A stretch of DNA of 64,000 nt from Rhizaria sp. SCN 62-66 (lineage: Eukaryota), in assembly GCA_001724265.1 (NCBI GenBank), contig MEDY01000052.1, positions 62,001 through 126,000 on the forward strand. Direction: 5' to 3'. Both the position numbers and the translations under genes were made by a program. Shown here piece by piece: positions 46,609 through 58,372 of this stretch. Position 1 is the first letter of the stretch; each line of letters begins with the position of its first letter. The notes beneath the pieces were generated by a model that saw only the letters and a list, made by a program, of their open reading frames with translations, was not told the origin of the DNA and made no database searches.

Positions 46609-47400
46609 TCACCACGCGATCTCGTTGTAAGTGCCACAACACCCGTCGCGGCGCGTCTTGGTAGTGCAGCAAAAGTGCACCGCGTTGTACGTCATCACGA
46701 GTGCGACGAGAGCGAACGGAGCAAGTCCTAGCACCAGCAGCACGACAGCGGCGCCGACGCCGGACCCGCCGCAGGTCCAGCTCTCCGGCCCGTCGCCGCT
46801 CAGCGACGCGGCGCAGATGCCGCCGAACACGGCCATGATAATGAACCCTGCGACGGTGCTCACCAGCAGACACAGCGCCGTGGCCGCCATGCAGAGCACA
46901 CGGCGCTTGACTGCCTGGCGTTCAGCCGCGCCGGGGCCCGCGGGCGCGCCCGTCGCCGCGGCCGCCACGGCCGCCATCGAGGCCGAGCCCGCGGCCGGGG
47001 GCGGCTGCACGGGCGCGGGCTGGCAGTGCTGGCACTGGCCCGTGGCATGCGCGTGTGCGTGTGCCGCAGCGGCGCTGTAGTGCGCGTGGGCGTAATGTGC
47101 TTGGTAGTTGGCGCTGGCGTTGTTGACGTTCAGCGCAAGTGGGCTTGCACCAACGCCGGGCGCAGGCGACATAACGGGCGAGTCTCGTGTAGCGCGTAGC
47201 GCGGCAATGACGCCCGAGGTGTCCTCGGCACCCGCGGAGACGCCGTGCAACGCGCGGAAGGAGGAGCCGTGCACAGGCACGAGCGCCGAGTCAGGCGACG
47301 CGTTGGCGCTGATCTCGGGGGTCGAGGAGACGGAGACTTCGATGTCGTGCACGTCCAGTGGCAGCGCGGTCGGCTGGAACGAGCTGGGATCGGTGGACAT
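46609..47400 (-). CDS. Hypothetical membrane protein with two C-terminal TM helices and a Cys-rich tail
   Basis: GC-rich ORF; hydrophobic segments VLCMAATALCLLVSTVAGFIIMAVFGGI and VGAAVVLLVLGLAPFALVALVM. Stop TGA. Confidence 0.7.
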   Translation of the reverse strand: MSTDPSSFQPTALPLDVHDIEVSVSSTPEISANASPDSALVPVHGSSFRALHGVSAGAEDTSGVIAALRATRDSPVMSPAPGVGASPLALNVNNASANYQAHYAHAHYSAAAAHAHAHATGQCQHCQPAPVQPPPAAGSASMAAVAAAATGAPAGPGAAERQAVKRRVLCMAATALCLLVSTVAGFIIMAVFGGICAASLSGDGPESWTCGGSGVGAAVVLLVLGLAPFALVALVMTYNAVHFCCTTKTRRDGCCGTYNEIAW

Positions 47401-47951
47401 TTCGAGACAAGGGCGCCCGGGAGCGGGGCAGCGAGGAAGAAGGGGGTGGAGGAGCTTGCGAAGGAGAGAGAACTTCGAGCGCACTAGTGGAAAGTAGTGA
47501 CGGCAATAGAAGAGACCAGATATAAATTTGAGTTCAAGAAGTATTCAAAACTAAGTACAAAGGCTATACATTCATGTCAGGCGTGTAACGCATGAAGGGT
47601 TGTGTCTACAGTCAGCGAGTTTATTTGCACCTGTGTTCACCATCACTGACCCAGTCTGAGCCAACGACAAGCAAATGTTACGCACACAAACAGGCGCTAC
47701 TTGTGACAGTCTCTCACTCGAAACAAAGGCAGTTCAAGTCAGGGCTTTGGTGGTGCATTGAATGTTGGCGTTGAGATTTAATATTTTGTGTATTTTTAAC
47801 ATACTCTTTTTCTTAACATACATATCCCCCATCGTAACATTGTGACCCACTGCGCATTCAAGCGTCGCCCTTGCGCCGCTCCTCCGCACACTGCTCACTT
47901 CACGCATCCATCAACCCGCGCCCCGGGCGACACGACAATGACCCCGCGCGC

Positions 47952-48655
47952 TTACTGCGGTGCGCCGCGCGCGGCCCCGATGGAGACGTCCTGGCTGGCC
48001 GAGGTGTCGGCATCGGACCGGCGCGGACGGTGGGCGTGCGTGTGCGACATGAAGTTCACCCCCGTCTCAGCGCCAGCGGCGTGAGAGCGCGTGGACTTGG
48101 CCAGGTAGCGGCGCTCGAACTCCTCCCATGACACGCGGCCATCGCCGTCAGTGTCCATGGTGCCGATGAGCCGAGCCGCGCCGGCGTCGAGCGCGGAGGC
48201 GGACAGGCCGGAGAGAGAGAGCACATGCGCCGCCTCGCTCGTGTCGATGTACCCGTCGCCGTCACGGTCCCACTGCTGGAAATTCTTGCGGATCGCGTCA
48301 ACGCGCGCCTCGGAGAGCGAGGCGGCGGTCGAGACCGCGGTCGCAGAAGGCCCGAGAGCGGGGGAGCCGCCGAGGCACACTTCGCCATCAGCTGCGCCCG
48401 AGGCGGAAGCGGGAGGAATCGCGCGTACGGGCGTGCGCACAGCCGGCGTCGCGGTCGTGGCGGAAAAGACAGGATTCGTTGGAGTCGGAATATCCTGAAC
48501 GAAGCGCGAACCATGGCGTGGTGGCGGAGTTTGTTTTAAGAGAGTCGAGAAAGGAGGCTGTGAGTGACCCGGAAACTTTGAGCGCCGAATTCAATCCAGT
48601 TTTGTAGTTGAACCGCGCTGTGGATATTGTGAACATATGTATATAGACGTACCAT
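47952..48655 (-). CDS. Two-EF-hand calcium-binding protein; ATG-only first coding exon (48655-48653)
   Basis: Canonical loops DRDGDGYIDTSE and DTDGDGRVSWEE. AAAATG|GTACGT donor at 48652 with in-frame acceptors (exon resuming at 48557 or 48494). Stop TAA. Confidence 0.8.
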
Positions 48656-49054
48656 TTTAAATTATGATACTTAAATCCGTAATCAAGCTGCGGATTCGTC
48701 TCACTACACATATGACGTGAACTAGCCGTTTGGGTATCCTTCCACCACAATCGCAAGCCAAGCCTTGGCGCCCTTGAGTGACTAACTTCAAACCAAATTT
48801 CGGCAGGTCCAACGCTGTCAGTTGAAGATGAAACTTGAATATATATATTGAATATATTGGCAGCATATCATATCCATTTTTTAAATCTAAGCTTTGTTTT
48901 TAACTTCGTTTTTCGCTTCTTCCTCTGTTGCTGTTCAAGACTCTTCACCAGACCTTGAAGCTGTTGTGTATTTTCTCGTCCAGCACCTGTCTTTGAGGCA
49001 GTGTGCGTTTTTATGGACTGCGAGAAGTGTGCCTTGTAACTACCACTGCTTGTT

Positions 49055-49640
49055 ATGGCCGAGTGGAACGTGATAAGCTCTCAGGTGGCGATCACCGCAG
49101 CCGCGGGCGGCGCGCGCATCCCGCAGCAGTCACGTTCATCAACTTTCAACTGTTGCTATGCGCTGCGCTCGCTGAACCCGTCTTTCCCGCACTCCACCTA
49201 CATCGGTTTTACCAACAACCCGCGGCGGCGTCTGCGGCAGCACAACGGCGCGCTGCGCAACGGCGCGCGCGAGACGTCCCGGCGCCGCCCCTGGGAAATG
49301 CTTGGCTGCGTGCACGGCTTCCCCAACCCCATCTCGGCGCTCCAGTTCGAGTGGGCGTGGCAGAACCCGCACCGCTCGCGTCACGTGCGCGCCGCGCTGG
49401 CGGGGCAGTCGTTCCCACGTGGCGCGCGCGGCACGCTGCGGATTGCGCTGGCGATGCTGCATGTGCAGCCCTGGGCGCGGCTGCCGTTGGCGCTGCATTT
49501 CACCTCGGCGGCGGCAGCTGAGCTCGCGCGCGGCGGCGGCGCGAGGGAGCCGCCGCGGCACGTGCCTGTCACGGTGGGGCCGCTTGAGACGTTGCCGTGC
49601 TACGCTGCGCGGCCCGCCGGCGCGAGCGAACTGCTCGACA

Positions 49641-49723
<83 letters not shown>

Positions 49724-51993
49724 TCAACGATGACGACGGAGATGGCGTGAGCAGCGGCCGCGACGCGGACGAGGGTGATGCTGGTGACGGTGACGGCGAC
49801 GGCGGAAATAGGTCGCGTCACGGTGGGTTTTTGCTGACTCAATACTTCCCCGCCCATCGCGACAACCAGAACAGTAACAATGGCAGCGGCAATGGTGGCA
49901 ATGGTATTGAAGAGTACGGTGGTGAGTACGATGGCGACTTCTATCAGTACTACGCTCCACCCACGGACGGTGACGCTGACCTTAATGCTAATGGCGCCTA
50001 CGGTGACGGTCACCTGGCCGCTGCGATGGTGTCTGCGACTGCAGCAGCGGAAGAACATAAAAGCAGCAGCACTAACAACAACAACTTCGACTATGACGAC
50101 GACGACAACGACGACAGTGAAATGGGCCGGTGGCTGCGCGAGCTCACTCAGCCGCCCGCAGCGCCTTCGTCACCGCTATACACGCCCACACCAACCCTTC
50201 TGCAGTCATCATCCGCCGTCGACTTTGCGCAATCCTCGTCCGCTGCCAACGCCTCCGCCGCCCTGCAGTCCTCTGCTACAGCGCCGTTGCAGCAGCCTAC
50301 GCCGCGTAATGCGTTCTCGCTTTCACAGTCACATGTGCAGCTGCCTGCCCCAGTGAGGCGCGCGCCCTTTGCCCGCCCCGCGTCCGCCGCTTCTGGCACT
50401 GCTACGACAGCTACGATTGTGACTAGTTCTCACTCTGGTGCCGATGTCAGTGGCACGCTGTCGCGCACGTCGTCGCTCTCGCTCGCGCGCGCCCCGTTAT
50501 CCCGTGCATCGTCGGCGTCACTATTCTCCGATCCAGCGTTTTCTTCCTCATCCTCTGCAGCAGCAGCAGCATTGCCAACCCTCGGCGCTGGTGGCGTGTC
50601 CGATGGTGTGGCGTTGCCGGCGACCGTGCGCGCCGCCGCCGCCACAGTCCTGCGCATGCTCGCCGGCAGCGCCACGGGCGCCGACGCCGCCGCGCTCGCC
50701 GCCACGGGCGTCGCACCGTCCTCCGCGGCCTCCGCCGCGGCGGCCGCCGCTGAGGCCGCGCTCCCGCGCTGCGCTGTGTGCCGCGACCCCGCGCCGCTAC
50801 CGCGACCGCCGCTGCCCGCGCCGCTGCCCGGCGCCGGTGGGGACGCCGCCGTGGCGCGCCTGCTCGCCTCCGTCGCCGCCGCGCCGCAGTGGCTCGAACC
50901 CCCCGTGTCTGCCGCGTTGTCTGGCGTCGCTGCTGGCGGTGGCGGGAGTGGCCCGCCGCGCGCGCCCGTGGCAGTGCAGTTCTGCACCGCTGCCGCGCTC
51001 GTGCCCGTCGCCGCCGCCGCCGCCACAGGGATGGCCGCAGTGCGCGGCTGTGGGGCGTGGGCGCACCGTGTGTGCCTTATCCGGGCCTTTGCACAGCAGG
51101 CGGAGGCCTCGCTCGCGCCCTTTGACGCAAACGCACCGCAAAACAACACGGCATTGGAGGCAGAAAACGACAAGCCTAAGGGTAAGGGCAAAGGCAGCAA
51201 GAGTAAAGGCAAAGGCAAAGACCTATCTGTATTCAACACTCCTGTAGCAACCACGCGCGCGCCCCCGAATGCCGGCGGCATCGATGACGGCGATGACGGT
51301 GCTGCTGCGGGGAGCGCTGCTGCAACTCTGGCGCCGTTGCTGCCGTTCTCGTCGCCGCACCTGCGTCGCCGGTGCGCGGGTGCGTGCCGCGCGCCGCTGC
51401 TGCCCGCCGCGGGGCTGTGCCCGTGCTGCCGTGCACCACTGATGTGGGCGCGCGTTGTTGCCGCTGCCACGGCCGCGCAGGAGCGCCGCGCCGCCGCGTA
51501 CGCGCTCGCCATGAAGACGCTCCGCAAACACCTCAGCACAACCGCTGCTAGCGGTGCGGCGGGCGAGTCCGGCGCTGATGCCGGGGGCGGGCGGCGGAGC
51601 AAGCAGGGCGGGATTAAGCGCAAGGGCTCGGGCACGGGCTCCGCTTGCGGCACGACTGCGAGCACGTTATCTGCCGTGTCCGCTGGCCCGCCGGGAGCGA
51701 TTTACGCTAAGGCACGCGCGCTGTCGCGGGCGTCGTCGCTCTCGCAGCAGCAGGCGCTCTCGCAGCAGCAGGCGCCGGCGCAGGAGCGACAGGCACAGCC
51801 GTTGTCGCAGACCGCTCATGTTGCGGCGGCGTCGGGGGCTCCGTCACTGTCGCTGTCGCAGCCTGGAGCGAATCGCGGACACGAAGCAGACGCGATAAAC
51901 GCTGGAGGAGCGCTGTCGCACGCGCGCGCGCTGGGCGCCATTGAGGAGGAAGGCGACATTGCGGGCGTCGATGACGATTGGGGCTGGGAGTGA
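49055..51993 (+). CDS. SLX1: Structure-specific endonuclease SLX1 (GIY-YIG plus split C-terminal RING-like domain) with an apparent frameshift near 49724
   Basis: CYALRS...[18 protein letters not shown]...GA..T...RPWEM...[18 protein letters not shown] in ORF 49055-49750; CAVC...AH..CL...PLLP..GLCPCC...LMW in ORF 49597-51993; the frame changes right after (GAC)27. Stop TGA. Confidence 0.85.
49643..49723 (+). repeat. (GAC)27 perfect trinucleotide microsatellite encoding poly-Asp
   Basis: 81 nt of uninterrupted GAC within SLX1. Confidence 0.95.
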
Positions 51994-52559
51994 GCGCAGG
52001 CTGGGTAGACGTGCGTTTCCGCGCGGGAGTGACTCTTTCGAGCCGTTAGTATTCTCAAATCGTTTGAGGTGGTGATGCATTTCAAAGGAAAACCCAATCA
52101 AAATAGCCTCTGAAAGATATTATAATACTTTATTTAGATATTTTGAAATACATAGATTTTAAAATCAGCAATATCATTCTGTTTAGCTATTATCCATATT
52201 GTATTTTCGCCGATGAAAATCGAGGTTTTTTTGGACGTAAAGCTTACAGTTCAACGGATCGCACAGGTTACACTGCGCATGGCCGATCCATCATATGACT
52301 GAGATCATGCATCCTTTCATTATCGGCTTTCAATGCAGTTCCTAGTTAACATAATTACATCAACAAGTTTAAACAACACATTTTAAATATTTACCTAAAA
52401 ACATTTAGATTGAAACGCACGTATATCCTTATATCCACGCATTGTTCAATTCCTGAGAGCGAGTTGAATACTGTGGACACGCAACTCACGCTAAGCAGGG
52501 TTTTGTCTTGTTTTGTGTTCTCGTACTCAGAACTAACTGCCTACAAGCATTGCCGCAAA

Positions 52560-55211
52560 ATGGACCCTAACCAGGCCGCCGCGCGCGCGCTAGTCGAGCT
52601 GTTTTTGAGTGACGCGAGCATCCGCACGTCGACACGTCTGAACCGCATCTACTCTCGCGCCACCGGTCCTGATGTATGGATCCCACTCACTTACTTCACC
52701 GCCTTTAAGTGTATTCGCGCGCTTTTGCCGCCTGCGCTAGGCCCGACCACCCCGCTGCTTGACGTCGTGTCATTAGGAGTCCCACCACTCGCAGACGGCA
52801 CTGTGTCCACTGACAACGGTCAAACACAGGAAATGACAAGCGACGACAGTGTCAGCAGCGCCAAAACCATTCAAGACCCCGCCTCTATAGCTGCGACTTT
52901 CTCCTTTATGATCAACGCATTGGAGAGCTCAAAGCTGCTTTGTGTGGACGCGGATTCACAGAGTATTTCGCGCCGGGCGCCCTACAACGGTGCAAACGTC
53001 GATGTGGATGCACACTCGGTGCGCGCTCGTGGATTACCAAGCAGTTGGCGTTTTGAGCATGCACGTGCGTTTTTTGCGGCTAAAGGACTTCCACTTGTTA
53101 ACCTTCTTAAAGATCCAGTTCGTAAGTGCAGCAACAATAACTCAAACGGCGAGCGTCATAACGGTGATGGTGCGTGGCTCATCTTCGCAACTCCAGAGCA
53201 CGCCATCGCTGCGGTTGAGGGCCAATTCGAAGCTTCTCATAAGGATCACATTAGTAGCAGCACTGATAATAGTAACAACACGAGCAGCTACAACGAGGGC
53301 CCCATTGATGATAAGAACAAAGCCGCGATGCGCCAACTGCACCTGATTTCCAAGAAACAGTTTGTCGCGCAGACCCAGGATAAGCGGTCGTCAGCGGCCC
53401 GCATCCTTGGGGCTCCAAAGAAAGCCACTGCCTTTGCTGGACCGCCTTGCACTCGGAGCGCAAAGCGTGCTACGCACGCTGCCAGCTCAGCTGCTGCTGC
53501 TCCTAGTTGCGGCGGCTCAGGACAGAGCAGCTCTGCGACGCTGACGGCCAGCGTTCGTGTGTCACGTCAACAGGCCGATCACAATGAGGACTTGCTTGGA
53601 CACCGTAGTAACAACAGTACTTGCACCGGCTCGGCGTTGCAGCCCGTTGTGGCCCGGGCCAGCGATAGTGCGAGCAGCACTGACTCCCATTCCAGTGGTT
53701 GTGACAGTGCGGGCGATAGCACCGACAGTAACAAGCGTGATAGCTCGAGTGACAAGCAGCCCGTGTTCACGAAAGGCTACCTGCTCAAAGTGCATGGCGT
53801 GAGCGGTAGTCGTCGTGTGGTCCGCAACAACATTGCACGCTGGCTGGATGATATCCCTGGCTGTTGCGGCACGACTGTCATTAGCTACAGCACTGGTAAC
53901 ATCTTTGCCAACGTTGCGCTTACTCCTGATTCCAACGCACCTACTGCTGCGGCTGTTGCGCGCGTGTTTAACGCGCGGCCTGCAAGTGAACGCTGCATGC
54001 GCGAACAATCCGGAGAAGTTGCCACTGCTGCAGGGACGCACACCCGCGCGCGATCAGACGGGGTGAAGTTCATGCCCGTGACCCCCGAAGCTGAGACTGA
54101 GCTTTGGGCGACGTTGATGCGCCGTCGGGCCCGCGCCAATAATCGTCGCTCTGCTATTGCCGCACGGGCCGCACACACCCGCAACAGCACGAGTGACTGT
54201 GATGCGAGCGTTATGCAGAACGGTACTCGAGGACGGGGTGATGCAGCGACTTCGCAACAGTGGCGGAACGAAGGAACATCCGGCCCTTCAATTGTTACTG
54301 AGCAAAACGTGCAGCTCATGCATCTGGAAAACGGCAACAACTTTGCGTTTGACGCCAACTATAACACAACTCACCCCAGCAGCAGCTTCCTTAGGGCACC
54401 TGAATATCCCGCTCATCAACAACATTACACAGAGCCCACTGCGCACCACGGGCATTACTTGCAACATGGCCACGCTGCGACATATGCCAACGGCTTGCCG
54501 CATGCGTTTTCTGTGCAATACGCGCAGTACGGGCCGTACTCGCAGCAATCTGTGTTTATTCCGCATCGCGGTCACAGCGATCATCGCTTCACTGTGCAGC
54601 AAAACCAACAGCCACATGTGCATTACAACCAGCACGCGCAGTTGCAAGTGCACTGGGGCGTGCCTAATTACTATCCCGCGTATGCACATACGCATGAGCA
54701 GGCACACGTTCAGGCGCAAACACAGGCACAGACACCGGCGCAGACGCAGGCGCAGGCGCAGGCACAGGCACATGTGCAGACGCACACGTCTACCAACTAG
54801 CAGTCGCATTATCTTGAGGTGTCATCGCATCACAGCCACCGCCAGCCAACCGGGGCAGCGCCGCAGTACCTGCAGTGGCATTATCCGTCGCACGGACATC
54901 AGCTTGTGCACTACCACGGCCATTATGAGGTTCAGCGCACACACCAACCGCCGCTCCAGCACTCTCACCGCACAGACTATTAGCAGCAGCGGCAGTTCAG
55001 TGCGCAGACGCGGCACCACCAGCAAGAGCGCGGGAACCGCAGTGCTCGCCACACGCAGCGGCACAGTAACTTGCAGCAACAGCAGGCGCAGCAACTACAC
55101 CCTCATCGGCAACCCCAAGAGAATCCTCACTGCCAGAGTCAGCAAGATTCCCAGCAAAATCAAAGAGCGCAGCACGGACAACAAGGCGGTTTTGGCAAAA
55201 GGAGACACTAA
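52560..55211 (+). CDS. Divergent La/LARP7-like RNA-binding protein, paralogue 1 (La motif, RRM, xRRM-like, His/Gln-rich tail); two in-frame TAG codons
   Basis: LVELFLSD...WIPL...FKCIRAL...ALESSKLLCV...ISRRAPY (La motif); DVDAHSVRARGLP...FF...WLIFATPE.A (RRM); FTKGYLLKV...ISY..GN.FANV...E.ELW (xRRM-like). The Gln/His-rich frame continues through TAG 54798-54800 and 54981-54983 to TAA 55209-55211. Confidence 0.75.
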
Positions 55212-56261
55212 GATAAGCAAATGTCGCATGGACAAGCGAGTTTTTGCTTCCGTTATATACCCACATTCTGATCTTGACGCATTTCTAGCGTCATGGCTCA
55301 GAGCATGAAAGCTTCGATACGACTTCTTTTTAGTTCAAGATCGTATGTAACTTCATGATTGTTATTTCAAGAAGTCAACTATTATTTTCACCATTCTTCA
55401 AACTATATTTTAGAAATAAGTTATATTTTTTCGTTTGGGTTCAACCGTGGTCCGGCGTGTTTTGTTATTATCAATTCATACGAGGTGCCAGTATGAAACC
55501 CAATATCAAGCAGTGGATCTGCTTACTTCTGATGCACATATGGTTTATCACTTAAATAAACGATATAATAATGCCTTTTATAAAAGGGAGTGGCGCCTTA
55601 CAAAGATGATTTGAGATTTCCTTCTGATTTTCTCTTAAAACTGGCGTTCCTCTCTGTTGCTGCGCACAGTTATGAGCGCGACACAGATCCGCACAAGCAA
55701 TTATATACCAATATGCGACTGGTTCGAGATTAATCAAACTTAAAATACAATGTATTATAACGTCTAATTTACGTCCTATACAATCTTGTTGTATGAACGC
55801 CAAATCTTGCAAAGGTATCACTTGACTTCATCAATCTATCCGTTGCACCACTGAGCTAAAGTGTATTCAGTCCATCCACCAAAATCACAGGCAGAACGAA
55901 TGGTTTGGTCGCAATTTCAGCGCTATCAAAACGAACACACTTGTTGAACAGTTCAAACTAATTACTATATGAAGATAATTACTGTCAGCATCATGCTCTG
56001 TCGATTTGCGAGTTTGTGCCGAACAAATTTTGACCTTAAGTTTTCTCTTCGCTCCTCCGTGCTTGGCGTCATGTTCCACATTCCATCATAACACTGCTGT
56101 AAACAGCTGCGGCAAATAGAGACGGACATTTTGACAGTCACATAGCAGCCGATGTATCTTATTACGCCGTTCCGTAGAGTAGCTCCCGCTACGCGCTCTT
56201 TCGACCTCCTTTTGTGTGACCCGGGAACCTGAACCTAGTCCTGTGGCACGCGCTCTTGCGC

Positions 56262-57299
56262 ATGTCTCTTCCGACGCGCAATGCGGAAGCGCTATGCACC
56301 TTGGTAGACACACTGCTATGCGACGCAAGTGTAGCAACCTCGGACCGCCTCCGTGATCTTTGTCCGCCAGGGTCCAGCGGCTGTGTGCCACTATCTTTCC
56401 TCCTTGGCTTCCGATGTGTGCAGGCCTTGACCACAAGTCCGAGTGCGCTTGCAGCTGCATTGCGAGCGTCAACGCAGCTCTGCGTGGCAGATGATAGCCT
56501 CTCAGTGTCCCGCAGGACTCTCTTCATCCCTGAACAGCTCGATTTGACTGCACACACTGTCCGTGCTTGTGGAATGCCTGCGGCATGGCGCTATGAGCAT
56601 GCACGTGTGTTCTTTTCCACGCGCGGACTTTCGCTCGTCAACAAGCTAACCGTGCGCACAAAGCACCCGCGCCGTCGCGCAGCAGTGGCAAAGTGCGGCC
56701 AGCTCTCAGTTGACGCCGCCGCAGGTGGTGTTGTTGTCCCACGTGAGCCCTCTGGCGAGGATAAAAACAGTGACGGTGACGATGGCACCCTCCCCACTCC
56801 ACCACAGCCAGCCTGGCTTGTTTTTGCGACTGCGGACGACGCTAACGCCGCCGCTGCGGCCTTCCCAGGCCCTGTGGACGGGACCGCTGCGGTGGCCCGC
56901 GTCGCGACCACGGACGGCGACAAAGAACCGCTCGACGCTCCACTGCTGGTGCTCACTCTCAAGCGTGACTATCTGGCTGCTGCGCTGGCCGCACGTGCCC
57001 CGCGCAACGCCGCCGCCCCGCGCGCGCCCGTGTCGCCCGCGTCCGCGCTCGCCGCCGTCGCAGCGGCGCCAGCAGTCACGCAGAAGGCAGACTCGCCCAA
57101 GCGCGCCACAACGGGGATTATCACGAGTACTGCTCCTGGTGACGCTGAGACTTGTACTGCGGCAAACAGTGGCGGTAGCGCTACTGTGAGCCATGCTGTT
57201 GCATCCGTTCCCGGCGATCAGTCTCCCGCCAGTGACGGCGCTGCGCTACGGCCTTCACAGGCGCCTGCGGAGTCGCTGCCACAGGCAGTTGCCGAGTGA
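56262..57299 (+). CDS. Divergent La-like protein, paralogue 2 (La motif and RRM only)
   Basis: LVDTLLCD...CVPL...FRCVQALT...ALRASTQLCVADD...VSRR; DLTAHTVRACGMP..WRYEHARVFF; WLVFAT. Clearly similar to both neighbours. A possible intron 57296-57367 would extend the CDS to TAA at 57470. Confidence 0.7.
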   Translation: MSLPTRNAEALCTLVDTLLCDASVATSDRLRDLCPPGSSGCVPLSFLLGFRCVQALTTSPSALAAALRASTQLCVADDSLSVSRRTLFIPEQLDLTAHTVRACGMPAAWRYEHARVFFSTRGLSLVNKLTVRTKHPRRRAAVAKCGQLSVDAAAGGVVVPREPSGEDKNSDGDDGTLPTPPQPAWLVFATADDANAAAAAFPGPVDGTAAVARVATTDGDKEPLDAPLLVLTLKRDYLAAALAARAPRNAAAPRAPVSPASALAAVAAAPAVTQKADSPKRATTGIITSTAPGDAETCTAANSGGSATVSHAVASVPGDQSPASDGAALRPSQAPAESLPQAVAE

Positions 57300-57610
57300 A
57301 TGTCCAAGCCCCATCCACTGAGCAACGTTGTTGAACTTACGCAGCCGCCGCATTTGTGCCCTTACAGACCCGCTGAGGTTGCAGTAGCTAGCTGTGGTCT
57401 ATGTCCACAACAACAGCGGACTGAAGCCAGAGTCAGCGAGAAGGAGATGACCGCTGAATATTCGACGTAACGCATTGTATCGATATTGAAGTCGACTCTA
57501 ATACTTAAACCCATTAGTGCGCTTGATGCAACGAGTTCAATGATGTGACGCACGACATTTTACATTAAAAAAAGCATGTGAGACGGTGACTAAGACGGTC
57601 GCGGTGTATT

Positions 57611-57632
57611 CCCCCCCCCCCCCCCCCCCCCC
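57611..57632. repeat. Poly-C/poly-G homopolymer (22 nt)
   Basis: Run of 22 C in the spacer between La paralogues 2 and 3. Confidence 0.9.
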
Positions 57633-58115
57633 TTCTTGTGTAATTATGTAACATTTTGCGCGTAACAAATGACTTTCAACGACGTGCTGTGCGCGTTATA
57701 TGACTCAAGGGCAAACTACCCGACTGGAGGCGCTCGAGGTAACGCGAGACTAAACAGCGCACCAAGCAGTCAGCATGAACAAGTTCGCCGTTATTTATGC
57801 TTGGTTGTTTTGTGCAATATGCGTTCGACAATATCTATCGAGTAGTATGTATCTTATGTAGAACTCACTTGGGTCATACGTCCGAATGCATGAGAAGTTC
57901 ACTGCCTTTGTGGCCGACGTGATAAATCTATTGCATTTTGCGGACTATCTCGTTGAAAACCTGTACAAAACCCTTGCGCGAAGTTAAATGTATGTACACA
58001 TAAAATACTTATTGCGCGTGCGATTTACTTAAAAGAATAAAGTTTCATCCCGATGCACCTTCATAGGTCATAAAGGCAAAAGCTTTCTCGCCAGGAACTG
58101 GGCTGCAGAGCCCCA

Positions 58116-58161
58116 CCAGTCCATTCCAGCCCGTGGGCCCAGTCCAGTCCAGCCCGTGGGC
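58116..58161 (+). repeat. 23-bp tandem duplication (2 copies, 1 mismatch) upstream of La paralogue 3
   Basis: CCAGTCCATTCCAGCCCGTGGGC followed directly by CCAGTCCAGTCCAGCCCGTGGGC. Confidence 0.85.
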
Positions 58162-58372
58162 TATCTTATACGAAATGCGTCAGCCGTTGAATTTATTGCA
58201 AGCGGCTGTACGAGATATTCGACGGTGAAAATGTTCTGTTCATAACGATTCCAGTCGTGTAGCTCACTTTAATATCTATTTAACTTGTTGGATTTCCTTT
58301 GCTCTTTATTTTTGTGTCTGTGTGGAGCAGGAAAGTTGCTCAAGCTGTTAGTCGCTCTCGGCAGCAGGCTCC

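Noticed and set aside
49055-49600. GIY-YIG domain as a homing endonuclease or Penelope-like element
   Set aside because: SLX1-specific motifs ([20 protein letters not shown]) and a downstream RING-like domain are present; no reverse transcriptase or terminal repeats.
58116-58161. 23-bp duplication as a CRISPR-like array
   Set aside because: Only two adjacent copies, no spacer, eukaryotic context.
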